From Candidatus Magasanikiibacteriota bacterium (GTDB taxonomy: Bacteria; Patescibacteriota; Patescibacteriia; Magasanikbacterales; 2-02-FULL-50-9b), in assembly GCA_943355025.1 (NCBI GenBank), contig CALRDW010000006.1, positions 1-58,855 on the forward strand: 58,855 nt of DNA. Direction: 5' to 3'. The position numbers and the translations under genes are program-made. The notes under the pieces are model-generated. The model saw only the letters and a program-made list of their open reading frames with translations. It ran no database searches and was not told the origin of the DNA. How positions within the stretch are numbered: the stretch's first letter is position 1; each line of letters opens with the position of its first letter. Positions 7,955 through 17,412 of this stretch are shown in pieces.

Positions 7955-8491
7955 TTAAACCGAAGGCGTTAAATCGCCTTCTAAGATTTTATCGAGTTGT
8001 TTATCGATCTCTGCGAGATCAACTGGCTTATCATCCATTTTCTGTATTTCACCCGATGCTACATGGCCTGCCGCAAATACCGCTGATCCACGATCATCAC
8101 GATCATTGCCACGATCCGATCGTTCTGCACGGTCTTCACGTTCTTTCTCACGCGATGCTTTAATGAGCGGGTTGTCAGCAATTTGTGGCTGGCGTTTAAA
8201 ACGAGCCCCAACAAACAATTCCATCGCGAAGCGAACCACATCCTTAGAAAGATTAAGCTTTTTCTGGAAAGCCGCTGCAACTGCAGGCTCTGTTTCAAAA
8301 ACAAATGAAACAAGGTGCCCGAATTTGTTTTCGCCGATTGGATACGAGAGCTTGTGTTTGCCCAATTCTACAGGTTCAACAGAAGCGATGCCTGAATCCG
8401 TAATGATTTTTTTTACGCGGTCGACCGCAGCTCCAAGTTCCGTATCTGGAATAGTGCCGGGGAATACCGCAGTTAATTCGTATTTGCGCAT
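7955..8491 (-). CDS. rpsF: 30S ribosomal protein S6 with a long charged C-terminal extension
   Basis: Start set at MRKYELTAVFPG (a typical S6 start). About 80 extra C-terminal residues rich in R/D/E (REKEREDRAERSDRGNDRDDRG). Confidence 0.9.
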   Translation of the reverse strand: MRKYELTAVFPGTIPDTELGAAVDRVKKIITDSGIASVEPVELGKHKLSYPIGENKFGHLVSFVFETEPAVAAAFQKKLNLSKDVVRFAMELFVGARFKRQPQIADNPLIKASREKEREDRAERSDRGNDRDDRGSAVFAAGHVASGEIQKMDDKPVDLAEIDKQLDKILEGDLTPSV

Positions 8492-8675
8492 AGATACTAG
8501 TGGGCCAATGGTAACAGAAGAAAATTGGGCTGTCAATAGCGGTCCCCTGTGGTTAAAAGGTGCAGATCTTGTGCAAAAACTGGGTAAAACATCCAGATAT
8601 GGGTAGCGTACAAAAATGGGTGCTATATAGGTAGAGAATATGCTATACTGTCCCGTAGTAATCTTTCCTTTATAT

Positions 8676-10157
8676 ATGTCGCGCTCAAATCATGGCACTA
8701 AACTCGCGATACTTGGCTTTGTTTTAATCATTTTCTTGTTTTTTATTGTTCTCCTCCAAAATCAACGACTTGAGCGTTACGAGCATGCGCTGCAAGGCGC
8801 GGGACAACAGCGCCCGATACAAGACGCTGCCTCAGTTTTTGTCTCTCAGTTCCCTGCAGACCAATACGCGGCACTGAAACGAGAGGATCGTCCTTCATTC
8901 GGCGATGTACGGAATGCTGCATTTTATAAAGGCTCTGTCTATCTTGCGACTCTTGGGTCTGTTGTTAAATTCGACGCCGCAACAGGAAAAATTCTTGCAT
9001 TTTCAAACCCTGCTCTGCTTCCACAACCAAAACATGTTGCAATTCAAAATGATACCTTATTTGTAGCAAGTGGATTTGAAGGAGCGGGTGTTTTTCAAAT
9101 AAATCTCGCGACTGGACACATTGAAGCGCAATACAACGAGACAACAGGTCTTGGAAACACGCAAAACCTGGAGGTTTACAACGATGGAACGTATATTTGG
9201 GTTGGAACATTCCGTGGTGTCGGCCGAATTGATCCAAAAACACACTACGTAAAATTTTATAGCACGGCGGCGGAGCTCAATAGCCCGTGTGATTGGAATG
9301 GTGTGAATTTGCATGTTCGTGGAACCGATGTGTGGGCACAAGTAATTGCGCACGCGACATGTTCAGGTGCCGCACTTCATTATAACCGTACAAATGGCGC
9401 ATGGACTCAGTATAATACCGCCACGTTTGCCCCGATGAAAAATCGCATCGACTTTACACATTTTATTGTGTCTGATATTGGAGTCTTCGCACACTATCAA
9501 ATTGAATTCCCTGGAAATATCACGCAGCAGATTAAAAAATTTAATCCAGAGACTGGCACATGGGCATTAATCGGCTCAGGAACCTACAATGATCAAAAAT
9601 CATTGGCGCTTCTGAGCGAAAAACTTCCACCTGAAGCTACTTATCGTGACACGATAATAACGCAAAATGAAAACGACCAATTTACAATCAAAGTTAAGAG
9701 TGATACGAGTTGGATTACATTTCCATTCAATGCCGCCGAAATCTCGCTACAATCAATAACAAAAAATCCGATCGCTGATAACTATTTAGTAATGACGCCC
9801 GCAGGTCTTGGCATCATGGGTCCGAAAGACGTAGCACCACACATTGTTGTGTCAACACGTGCAGTCACCTATTCGACTGATGATGATTTAAGCTTCACGG
9901 CCGACAAAAAGATGCTGGTTGTGTACAACACATACTTAAGCGAAATGGGTGGCGGAGATGCGCTGCACCAATTCCTGGTGTATGATCAAACTGCGCAGAC
10001 CGGTTTTGGATTTACGCTTCCAATGGGAAATTTGGAAGAATATCAGCCTCTCGCTGCTAATACGCTCGTACAAAATGGAGCAAAACTCATCCTCTCAAAT
10101 GGACACGGAACGTTCGAGATTGACCTTACGACAAAAACAGTGAAGCTCTTAAAGTAA
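8676..10157 (+). CDS. hypothetical membrane-anchored extracytoplasmic protein (repeat-rich, possibly beta-propeller-like)
   Basis: ORF 8640..10157 trimmed to MSRSNHGTKLAILGFVLIIFLFFIVLL. No family recognised with confidence. Confidence 0.55.
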   Translation: MSRSNHGTKLAILGFVLIIFLFFIVLLQNQRLERYEHALQGAGQQRPIQDAASVFVSQFPADQYAALKREDRPSFGDVRNAAFYKGSVYLATLGSVVKFDAATGKILAFSNPALLPQPKHVAIQNDTLFVASGFEGAGVFQINLATGHIEAQYNETTGLGNTQNLEVYNDGTYIWVGTFRGVGRIDPKTHYVKFYSTAAELNSPCDWNGVNLHVRGTDVWAQVIAHATCSGAALHYNRTNGAWTQYNTATFAPMKNRIDFTHFIVSDIGVFAHYQIEFPGNITQQIKKFNPETGTWALIGSGTYNDQKSLALLSEKLPPEATYRDTIITQNENDQFTIKVKSDTSWITFPFNAAEISLQSITKNPIADNYLVMTPAGLGIMGPKDVAPHIVVSTRAVTYSTDDDLSFTADKKMLVVYNTYLSEMGGGDALHQFLVYDQTAQTGFGFTLPMGNLEEYQPLAANTLVQNGAKLILSNGHGTFEIDLTTKTVKLLK

Positions 10158-10172
10158 CTACTCCTCTCAATT

Positions 10173-10212
10173 AAAAAAACACCGCGCTCTAAATCAAGCG
10201 CGGTGTTTTTTT
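10173..10212. terminator. bidirectional intrinsic terminator
   Basis: AAAAAAACACCGCGCT...AGCGCGGTGTTTTTTT lies between convergent genes. Confidence 0.75.
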
Positions 10213-10222
10213 ATACGCGAAA

Positions 10223-10891
10223 TTATTTCGTGAACTTGAACGTCTTGAATACGCTATCAAAGCTTGCAATAACCTTCGCGTGATTATATTCCTTAATATG
10301 CATGCTTGGGTCGTAATTTCCGATTGTTGAGCTATGCGCCTGCAACATTATGGTGTAACAATTATTTTCACGCATGGTCTGATAGGTGCGATAAAAATAC
10401 CGCTGGCCCGCGCCCGCGTCTTCATAATCGTACGTAAAAAATTTGTAGCCGTCCTGCATGACCGTTTGTGTGAGCGGCGTACCTAAATATGGATGCGTCA
10501 AACACTTTGGCGCGCTTGAGCTCTCAAATCCAAGGTGCGCTGTTGCTGTAATTTTCGCTTCGCTCAAATTTGTGCCTTTCATATAAGAATTCGGATATGA
10601 AAGTGCGAGCTGAGCATTTTCCTCTGCCGCGTTTATCACAATGAATTCCGCTGAATACGAAAGCTGATAACCAAATTCTGCATTCGTAAACATTTTTTGC
10701 GTGGTCGTTGGCAGTGTAGCCGGAATGAGCGGCACTGCAGGTGCAGGTTGCGGGGCAGGAACCGCTGGCGCAGTTACCGGCCGCTGCGCAACGGGTTGTT
10801 GAACAATGGTAGTATAGCTATTCCAGCTGCATCCTGTGCCGAGCAGCAAAAAAACCACACTAACAAGGGTAAGCCGAGTATGTATTGTCAT
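10223..10891 (-). CDS. hypothetical lipoprotein
   Basis: Lipobox LLGTGC followed by a Pro/Ala-rich linker. 222 aa. Confidence 0.65.
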   Translation of the reverse strand: MTIHTRLTLVSVVFLLLGTGCSWNSYTTIVQQPVAQRPVTAPAVPAPQPAPAVPLIPATLPTTTQKMFTNAEFGYQLSYSAEFIVINAAEENAQLALSYPNSYMKGTNLSEAKITATAHLGFESSSAPKCLTHPYLGTPLTQTVMQDGYKFFTYDYEDAGAGQRYFYRTYQTMRENNCYTIMLQAHSSTIGNYDPSMHIKEYNHAKVIASFDSVFKTFKFTK

Positions 10892-10949
10892 ATAACCCTA
10901 TTGTACATCATTTCTCTCAAAATTCCATAAAAATGTCTCGCATATTTTA

Positions 10950-11210
10950 TCAATACACTTGATTATGCGTTCCGATATCAAGAAAAAGAACTATTTTATA
11001 GTGAAAAAACTCCTGGAAAATAATCCGAACATCCGTAGTTACTGAAATAGACCGCAGCCCGGCCAGTGTGCCATTTAATGGGTGGTTGTGAAGTCGAGTA
11101 TCAAACGGATCAATTTCGAGAAGGTCGACAGCGATTTTAACGCGTTCACGAATTTTTGGTGATAATTTTATCAAACGTTTTAAAAAACGTTTTTGTGGAA
11201 TAATTCGCAT
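10950..11210 (-). CDS. RelE/YafQ-family type II toxin
   Basis: 86 aa. NHPLNGTLAGLRSISVTTDVRIIF...IGTHNQVY matches the YafQ/RelE pattern (HPLxG...D.RLIF...GTH..). Confidence 0.75.
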   Translation of the reverse strand: MRIIPQKRFLKRLIKLSPKIRERVKIAVDLLEIDPFDTRLHNHPLNGTLAGLRSISVTTDVRIIFQEFFHYKIVLFLDIGTHNQVY

Positions 11211-11230
11211 GCCCCCCTATTTTAACTCTA

Positions 11231-11392
11231 TTACACGGAATCAATATATTTTTTAAACTCTTCAACGGACAGTGGTCCAACAATATTTTTGCCGGACAAA
11301 GCCTCATCGCGCGCCATTAAAATCCCCCGCTCTTGCGCTGGAGTGAGCCCATTCACTGTTGCCTTTTGTTTCCCCTCTTTTGTTGTGTTCAT
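11231..11392 (-). CDS. putative cognate antitoxin (53 aa; could start at 11410)
   Basis: Unlisted small ORF immediately upstream of the toxin: MNTTKEGKQKATVNGLTPAQERGILMARDEALSGKNIVGPLSVEEFKKYIDSV. Position and size fit an antitoxin. Family not recognised. Confidence 0.45.
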   Translation of the reverse strand: MNTTKEGKQKATVNGLTPAQERGILMARDEALSGKNIVGPLSVEEFKKYIDSV

Positions 11393-11559
11393 ATGTTTTG
11401 ATCGTCGCATATTTACGGAAAATTGTCAACGGTGCTTAACCTGTGAACAACTATAAATAAAAGTATAGTTCGTGCAAATGTGCGACGTCAAGTCAAAAAT
11501 ACCATATTAATTATTCGTCATTGACCCGCTATGGTGTTACCTGATAGAATCCGCTCACT

Positions 11560-12624
11560 ATGTCACTCCAGATTGGAATCGTTGGCCTTCCAAACGTGGG
11601 CAAATCAACATTGTTCAAGGCTTTAACGAAGAAGCAAACCTTGATCGCAAACTATCCATTCGCAACTATTGATCCGTCGGTTGGGATTGTTGAGGTTCCC
11701 GATGCGCGCCTCCTGCCATTGTCGAAAGTTTCGAATGCGGCGCGCATCGTACCAGCAACGATCGAGTTTGTTGATATTGCGGGTCTTGTTGCGGGGGCGT
11801 CTACTGGCGAGGGTCTTGGCAACCAATTTCTCGCACACATACGCGAGGTTGATGCAATTGCGCAAGTGGTGCGAGAATTCACAGACAAAAATATTATTCA
11901 TGTGCATGATTCGGTTGATCCAACACGCGATCGCGACGTGATTAACTTAGAATTAGCGCTCGCAGATTTGCAGACAATTACAAAGCGCCTCGACAACGTA
12001 CGCAAAACGCTCAAGGCGGGCGCTTCGAAAGATATTGAGTCACATGTCGCATTTTTAGAACGAGTAAAAACAGCGCTCGAACAGGGCCACGCAGCGCGCG
12101 ACGTCGAAACGACGGATGATGAAAAACCGTGGCTGCGAGAATTGTCGCTCCTAACCGCGAAACCGATTTTATATATCCGAAATGTTGATGAGGGTTTTAC
12201 AGGCGACGCGATTTTACACTCGCCAAACGAAATTTCGATCAGCGCAAAAATTGAAGCCGAACTTGCGGACTTACCGACCGAAGATGCGCGTGCACTCATG
12301 ATTGATTTAGGCATGTCCGAGGCGGGCCTCGACCGTGTAATTGTTGCAGCATACAAACTCCTTGGTCTCATCACCTATTTTACGAGCGGCGAAATTGAAA
12401 CGCGTGCATGGACCGTGCATGAGGGCTCAAAAGCCCCTGTTGCTGCAGGCGTAATCCACACAGATTTTGAAAAAAGTTTTATTCGAGCAGAAGTAGTAAA
12501 TTGGAAAGAGTTTGTCGAACTTGGTGGATGGCCGGGTGCTCGCGAAAAAGGCGCAATGAAAACAGAGGGTAAAGAATACATCGTGAAGGATGGCGACGTG
12601 TGTTACTTTAAAGTTGGGGCATAA
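11560..12624 (+). CDS. ychF: ribosome-binding ATPase YchF
   Basis: GIVGLPNVGKSTLF P-loop, 354 aa, C-terminal GKEYIVKDGDVCYFKV TGS-like end. Confidence 0.95.
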   Translation: MSLQIGIVGLPNVGKSTLFKALTKKQTLIANYPFATIDPSVGIVEVPDARLLPLSKVSNAARIVPATIEFVDIAGLVAGASTGEGLGNQFLAHIREVDAIAQVVREFTDKNIIHVHDSVDPTRDRDVINLELALADLQTITKRLDNVRKTLKAGASKDIESHVAFLERVKTALEQGHAARDVETTDDEKPWLRELSLLTAKPILYIRNVDEGFTGDAILHSPNEISISAKIEAELADLPTEDARALMIDLGMSEAGLDRVIVAAYKLLGLITYFTSGEIETRAWTVHEGSKAPVAAGVIHTDFEKSFIRAEVVNWKEFVELGGWPGAREKGAMKTEGKEYIVKDGDVCYFKVGA

Positions 12625-12630
12625 AATAAA

Positions 12631-12675
12631 AAAGCCCTGCTCATATCATGGTTATATGATATATGCGGGCTTATT
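12631..12675. terminator. intrinsic terminator after ychF
   Basis: AAGCCC...TCATATCAT/ATATGATATA...GGGCTT hairpin followed by a T-rich tail. Confidence 0.55.
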
Positions 12676-12708
12676 TGAATCGAGAGACTCGCCGATGTAC
12701 ACGATGAT

Positions 12709-13293
12709 TTACTGAGCGATCGTTTCAACTTTTGCTGAATCTTTTTTACCACTCACAACCCAGACAGTGAGACACGCGACGAATGGCGGCGCCAATGTGC
12801 ACAAGGCTAGAAACCTGAAATAGAATGGCACAGAATGATCGTCCATCACGAATAAACTAGAACACAGGATTATCATGGAGACAATCCATAGGCCAATTTT
12901 ATATGGCCGCGTTGCCGCATTCACCACCTCAGTTTTCTCTCCCCAGATATGCCGCTTCAAAACATCGACCGAGAGCACTCCTACCGCATACACAAAAATT
13001 GTTGGTGCGAGCAGAATGGCGGAGGCGGTAATGAGTAGTGCGCAGGTAAGTAATCCGCTCGTATCTGGTGCCTGAGTAAGGTATTCCTGGAAATGGCCTG
13101 CCACGCGTTCGAGATACGGCAAACTCATAATGCACACAATGCAGGCTGCCAGAAAACACCCAACTAAACACAACGACCCAACGAAACGATACAAAAATTC
13201 AGAAAACTTCATGACGACCTCTGATGAAACGAACTGTTCCAATTTTTTGCTTACCAGCACAGTGCTGATACTCAAAAAAAGGGATCTATCCAC
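12709..13293 (-). CDS. hypothetical polytopic membrane protein
   Basis: Four to five hydrophobic helices. The likely true start is MKFSEFLYRF (13212). Confidence 0.5.
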   Translation of the reverse strand: MDRSLFLSISTVLVSKKLEQFVSSEVVMKFSEFLYRFVGSLCLVGCFLAACIVCIMSLPYLERVAGHFQEYLTQAPDTSGLLTCALLITASAILLAPTIFVYAVGVLSVDVLKRHIWGEKTEVVNAATRPYKIGLWIVSMIILCSSLFVMDDHSVPFYFRFLALCTLAPPFVACLTVWVVSGKKDSAKVETIAQ

Positions 13294-13332
13294 TATGTGG
13301 ACAGCAGTGCCGCTCTATTTTGCACCAGACGT

Positions 13333-13848
13333 TTACGTTACGCAATATACGATCATGCTAACAAGCACGCCGGCAATTAAAATGTTGCGTGAAATTGCAA
13401 ATAATTTATATTTTAATGCGAAATAGAACCGAGAAAGATTATAAATTTCTTTTGAAATTTCTTCAAACATTGTTTTTTCATCTCGCGCAGATTCAAGAAA
13501 CGCCTTTGTAAATTCTTCCTGCGAGACGAACCCTGAGATATGCCCCGGAAACATAATGCGTAATTCCTGGCCTTTGCTTCGAATGCAGCGTGGTGGCTGA
13601 ATAGTAAACAATGAAAAAAGCATTGAAAACCCGCTTGAAACATTTAGAATCATAAGCGGTGCAAGCGTTGCGCTTCCTGCAATATTTGAGTACGTATACG
13701 CAAATAATACCGAAGAAATACCCAGCAAAAAATTTGCTTTCGTATCAATGTGTCGCACGGCACCCAATGTCCGTTGTAACACATCATCTGCACGTTTGAG
13801 TAAATCAGAGTTTTGCATAACGTACGATAGTACCAGACTTACACGCAT
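13333..13848 (-). CDS. membrane protein resembling the DUF5706/Pycsar-effector (PycTM-like) family (tentative)
   Basis: ~160-170 aa. The N-terminal amphipathic segment followed by HIDTKANFLLGISSVLFAY and two more TM helices matches what I recall of that family. Not verified by search. Confidence 0.4.
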   Translation of the reverse strand: MRVSLVLSYVMQNSDLLKRADDVLQRTLGAVRHIDTKANFLLGISSVLFAYTYSNIAGSATLAPLMILNVSSGFSMLFSLFTIQPPRCIRSKGQELRIMFPGHISGFVSQEEFTKAFLESARDEKTMFEEISKEIYNLSRFYFALKYKLFAISRNILIAGVLVSMIVYCVT

Positions 13849-13919
13849 TTGTCAAGTATCGACCGCAAATGTTTTGCGTTTTTATCCAACCTCTGCAATA
13901 CTATATGCACTATATTTTT

Positions 13920-14699
13920 ATGCGCTACACACATACCAAACTCACAACACTTGCAATCATCGCCCTATCCTTTGCGACTACTGCTCCCGTTTTTGCCGCA
14001 CCGCTTAAAATAGCACCGACAATCCAGGCAATCGTAACAAGCAATCCGTATGTTCGCGCAGATAAAGATAAGTTCTCGCTCCATGTTGAAATAAAAAGCC
14101 CAGCGACGGTCAAAAAAACTGAGGTGTTCGTCGACGGCAAGGTGGTTAAAACCTGTAAAACAGGTGTGAGTGTCTGCGAACTTAATGTTGGGCCATTTGC
14201 TGAAGATGTGCTTGGTGAACATGTGTATTCGTTCGTTGCAACTGGCAAAAATGGTATGACCGCAACGCAGTGGGGGAATTTTTGGGTAACTATTGGCGAC
14301 GATGTTCCAGATGCAACTGATATTTTGACTGGTAAACCAAATCTCAAACTCTACGCCCACAATAAAAATGGTGTCGGTGTGTTTGAACTCTTCCAAACAA
14401 AAAAACAATTTTACGTTGGCGAAAAAGGTAACCGTTTATTTTTGATGCGTGGCCACGCACAAGTTGAGTCAGTCGTTGCGGTTGAAACATTAGATGGCAA
14501 TGAAATTGACACAACAGAGATTGCGGGTGGAACATATTCTGCAGGCCGTCTTCTCGGACCATTCAAAGATGCAGATGTTGGTGAACATTCGATTGAATAC
14601 ACAGTAACTGGAAAAAATGGTAAGGAGCTTGTAACAACGCTCACGTACTGGGTTCTCCAAAAAGGAGATGTGATTTCAGCTCCGGTTTCAAACTTCTAA
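13920..14699 (+). CDS. hypothetical secreted protein
   Basis: ORF 13869..14699 trimmed to MRYTHTKLTTLAIIALSFATTAPVFA (signal peptide). Confidence 0.6.
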   Translation: MRYTHTKLTTLAIIALSFATTAPVFAAPLKIAPTIQAIVTSNPYVRADKDKFSLHVEIKSPATVKKTEVFVDGKVVKTCKTGVSVCELNVGPFAEDVLGEHVYSFVATGKNGMTATQWGNFWVTIGDDVPDATDILTGKPNLKLYAHNKNGVGVFELFQTKKQFYVGEKGNRLFLMRGHAQVESVVAVETLDGNEIDTTEIAGGTYSAGRLLGPFKDADVGEHSIEYTVTGKNGKELVTTLTYWVLQKGDVISAPVSNF

Positions 14700-14762
14700 A
14701 CAACAAATTGTGGCGATGAGACAAAAGAAGCGCTCGTGGGGGCGCTTCTTGTAAAGAAGACT

Positions 14763-16403
14763 ATGCGTTTTATAGATGCTCTTTCAAAAAAAATTGATGG
14801 CGAAATTATTACGGATGACACCGCAGTGCTCCGTAATTATAGCCATGATAAAAGTCCGTTTGAGATCATGCCTCGCGCGATTGTGTTTCCAAAAACAGCG
14901 CTCGACGTTCAGGAGCTTGTCAAGTTTGCAGAGGAACATGCAGACGATGAACAACGTATAACACTCACGCCGCGCAGCGCCGGAACTGATGTCGGTGGCG
15001 GCCCGCTTGGAGACTCGATCATCGTCGTGTTCACAAAATATTTTAATCATATCGTTCGCATCGGCGGCGACTATGCGGTCGTCGAGCCTGGCGTTTATTT
15101 TCGCGATTTTGAAAAAGCAACACTCGCGCACAATTTATTACTTCCGTCATTCCCCGCATCAAAAAGTATTTGCGCGCTCGGCGGGATGCTCGCGAATAAT
15201 TCTGGCGGCGAAAAAACACTGGTGTATGGAAAAACCGCGGACTACGTACAAGAGATGCGTGTAGTTTTGCGTGATGGTGCTGAACATCTCATTCGTCCGT
15301 TAAACACTGAAGAGCTCAAAGAAAAAATGCGCCGCGCAGATTTCGAGGGTGAATTTTATTCTCGAATGTTTGAGATTGTTGATCGAAATTTTGAACTTCT
15401 CCAGTCGGCGCGCCCACGCGTTTCAAAAAATTCTGCGGGCTACGCGCTGTGGGATATTTGGGATAAAAAAACATTTGATCTCACACGCTTATTTGTTGGT
15501 GCGCAAGGCACACTTGGCTTCATTACTGAGGCTCGTGTGCGGCTCATTCGACCAAAGGAGCACACACGAATGTTGGTCATGTTTTTAACTGATCTGCATC
15601 AAATGGCGCCGATAGTTTCTGAAGTTTTGCTACATAAACCGGAAACGTTCGAGGTATACGATAAAAGCGTCTTAAAAATTATTTTACGTTTTTTTCCTGA
15701 GTTTGTTAAAACGGTTGGTGGGTCGATTTTTGAACGTGCGTGGCAATTTTTGCCAGAACTTAAAGCTGTGCTGCTGTCGCTGCGTCTCCCCAACTATATT
15801 TTGATTGCTGAATTTACAGGCGATGATGAAACGGACGTCGCCGAAACTGTCCGTGCAGCAGAACACGCGCTTAAACGATTTAAAATCGCGACACATGTTA
15901 CAAATTCAGAGCATGAGGCAGAAAAATACCGCGCGATTCGCCGCGATAGTTTTACGCTTCTTCAACATCACATCCATAGAAAACAAACAGTGACATTCAT
16001 TGATGATGTAATTGTTCGGCCTGAACTGCTGCCGGATTTTATTCCACGATTAAAACAAATCCTTGATGAATACAAGTTAGTGTATGCGATTATTGGGCAT
16101 GTCGGAGATGGAAATTTACACATTATTCCGCTGATGGATTTGAGTGCGCCAGATACACGCCGAATTATTGATGAGCTCACGCATCGAGTTAACCACTTGG
16201 TATTTGAATTTCACGGTTCAATAACTGCAGAGCATAACGATGGTTTGATTCGCTCACCATTTTTACCAGAAATGTTCGGGGCTGAGGTTTACGCGCTGTT
16301 TAAAGAAACAAAAAAACTGTTCGACCCGTACATGATTTTTAATCCGAGAAAAAAAATCGACGCATCATTCAACTATGCGCTCGACCATTTGCGCCACGAG
16401 TAG
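14763..16403 (+). CDS. FAD-linked oxidase (GlcD/D-lactate dehydrogenase-like)
   Basis: ~546 aa. N-terminal FAD_binding_4-like region (PRSAGTDVGGGPLG), C-terminal GSITAEHNDGLIR. Confidence 0.8.
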   Translation: MRFIDALSKKIDGEIITDDTAVLRNYSHDKSPFEIMPRAIVFPKTALDVQELVKFAEEHADDEQRITLTPRSAGTDVGGGPLGDSIIVVFTKYFNHIVRIGGDYAVVEPGVYFRDFEKATLAHNLLLPSFPASKSICALGGMLANNSGGEKTLVYGKTADYVQEMRVVLRDGAEHLIRPLNTEELKEKMRRADFEGEFYSRMFEIVDRNFELLQSARPRVSKNSAGYALWDIWDKKTFDLTRLFVGAQGTLGFITEARVRLIRPKEHTRMLVMFLTDLHQMAPIVSEVLLHKPETFEVYDKSVLKIILRFFPEFVKTVGGSIFERAWQFLPELKAVLLSLRLPNYILIAEFTGDDETDVAETVRAAEHALKRFKIATHVTNSEHEAEKYRAIRRDSFTLLQHHIHRKQTVTFIDDVIVRPELLPDFIPRLKQILDEYKLVYAIIGHVGDGNLHIIPLMDLSAPDTRRIIDELTHRVNHLVFEFHGSITAEHNDGLIRSPFLPEMFGAEVYALFKETKKLFDPYMIFNPRKKIDASFNYALDHLRHE

Positions 16404-16468
16404 CGGTGCATAAAATTTTATCGATATAATCGCCTTGACATGACGGCATACATCGCGTATAGTGCCCA

Positions 16469-16542
16469 CGCGGGATAGAGCAGCCCGGCAGCTCGCCAGG
16501 CCCATAACCTGGAGGTCGTCGGTTCAAATCCGACTCCCGCAA
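16469..16542 (+). tRNA. tRNA-Met(CAU), initiator type (no encoded CCA)
   Basis: CGCGGGATAGAGCAGCCCGGCAGCTCGCCAGGCCCATAACCTGGAGGTCGTCGGTTCAAATCCGACTCCCGCAA is nearly colinear with E. coli tRNA-fMet. C1xA72 mismatch present. Two of the three G:C pairs at the base of the anticodon stem are present. Confidence 0.9.
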
Positions 16543-16549
16543 CAAAACA

Positions 16550-16582
16550 TCTCTCACACCTCGTGAGGGATTTTTTGTTTTT
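16550..16582 (+). terminator. intrinsic terminator after tRNA-fMet
   Basis: TCTCTCAC-acctc-GTGAGGGA followed by TTTTTTGTTTTT. Confidence 0.75.
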
Positions 16583-16621
16583 ACGCGCTTGTACTACTCG
16601 ACTGCAGACAAGGCCCCTATA

Positions 16622-16745
16622 ACTTCGGCGGGAGTTCCTGTTTATCTCTCCCTGAGAAGTAATAGTTTTTACTTTTGAGCGTATGTTGAATCGCTACATT
16701 GTACTATTCGGAAGATTTTTGGAACCCTTTTGAAAACGAAAATCC
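16622..16745. repeat. copy B (left-truncated) of the ~125-bp dispersed repeat
   Basis: Matches 662-785. Only the last 5 nt of the left hairpin arm are retained, so the long hairpin cannot form here. Confidence 0.75.
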
Positions 16746-16888
16746 GGCGGTCACGGGTGTACCCCTCCCTGGTACACCAGCAACAGCCGGACTGATATTC
16801 CCCTTGTACCATAACGTGCTTTTTCTCGTCAAGCCCTGTATAGACATGTCTACTCCCTGATTCCCCGTAACCATGCGCCACACTTAAC

Positions 16889-16909
16889 TGTGGATAAACC
16901 TGTGGAAAA
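16889..16909 (-). promoter_or_regulatory. two tandem DnaA-type boxes
   Basis: TGTGGATAA (16889-16897; reverse complement is a perfect TTATCCACA) and TGTGGAAAA (16901-16909; TTTTCCACA). The same two variants occur upstream of dnaA. Confidence 0.5.
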
Positions 16910-16972
16910 GTGCCTAAAAACTGATGATAAAGCCAAAATTTTGCCACTCGAGACCCTGTCGACTCGTCTAAG

Positions 16973-17001
16973 TTGACTTTTAGCCATTTTTGTGCTATAG
17001 T
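16973..17001 (+). promoter_or_regulatory. sigma70-type promoter TTGACT-17-TATAGT with TGn extension
   Basis: TTGACT at 16973-16978, a 17-nt spacer ending in TGC, TATAGT at 16996-17001. No ORF follows. Confidence 0.55.
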
Positions 17002-17007
17002 GTCTTT

Positions 17008-17412
17008 GTGCTTGTAATAACAGATTGAGCTTAAACAAATTCTGTTCGAGATCTCTGTTACATCCAGCACCTCGTTCTTTGGTGCTACAATTTCATAGTT
17101 CTTTTTCGCTCACTAGAGCATGTTCATTGTTCGTACACACCCAATAGTTCGTATATCTCTAACGAGAAACGGATTGACACATGGTAGAACTACCCTCGTG
17201 GTCGTTCCCCGTCAATTCCCGGTGTATTCCCGCAAATAAATAGGGAATTCAAACACCACGCGTAGGGATTTATGCAACAACCAACTAGCGAGGCCGACCA
17301 TCTCGAGGCGCATTCTACGAATGCACTTCAAGTAGCGTATGCCTTGCAAACGGGGCGCACTCGCCGGTCATTTATAAATAATCGGGCGTAAGTTCGCCCC
17401 ATTTGTGTTTTT
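17008..17412 (+). ncRNA. candidate ~400-nt noncoding RNA of unknown class
   Basis: Bracketed by the promoter at 16973 and a GGGGCG...CGCCCC stem plus ATTTGTGTTTTT tail (~17350-17412). Contains several perfect 5-6-bp local hairpins (AGCACC/GGTGCT, GGTAG/CTACC, GCATTC/GAATGC). No credible ORF. Confidence 0.35.

Noticed and set aside
662-16745. The idea that the two copies of the 125-bp repeat are attL/attR of a 16-kb integrated element next to tRNA-fMet.
   Set aside because: The interval is filled with core housekeeping genes (efp, epmA, rpsR, ssb, rpsF, ychF). It contains no integrase or phage/plasmid functions.
16669-17070. 133-aa minus-strand ORF in the tRNA-fMet downstream tract.
   Set aside because: Cys/Trp/Tyr-rich composition, no promoter or Shine-Dalgarno context. 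It runs through the dispersed repeat and the DnaA boxes. Treated as non-coding.
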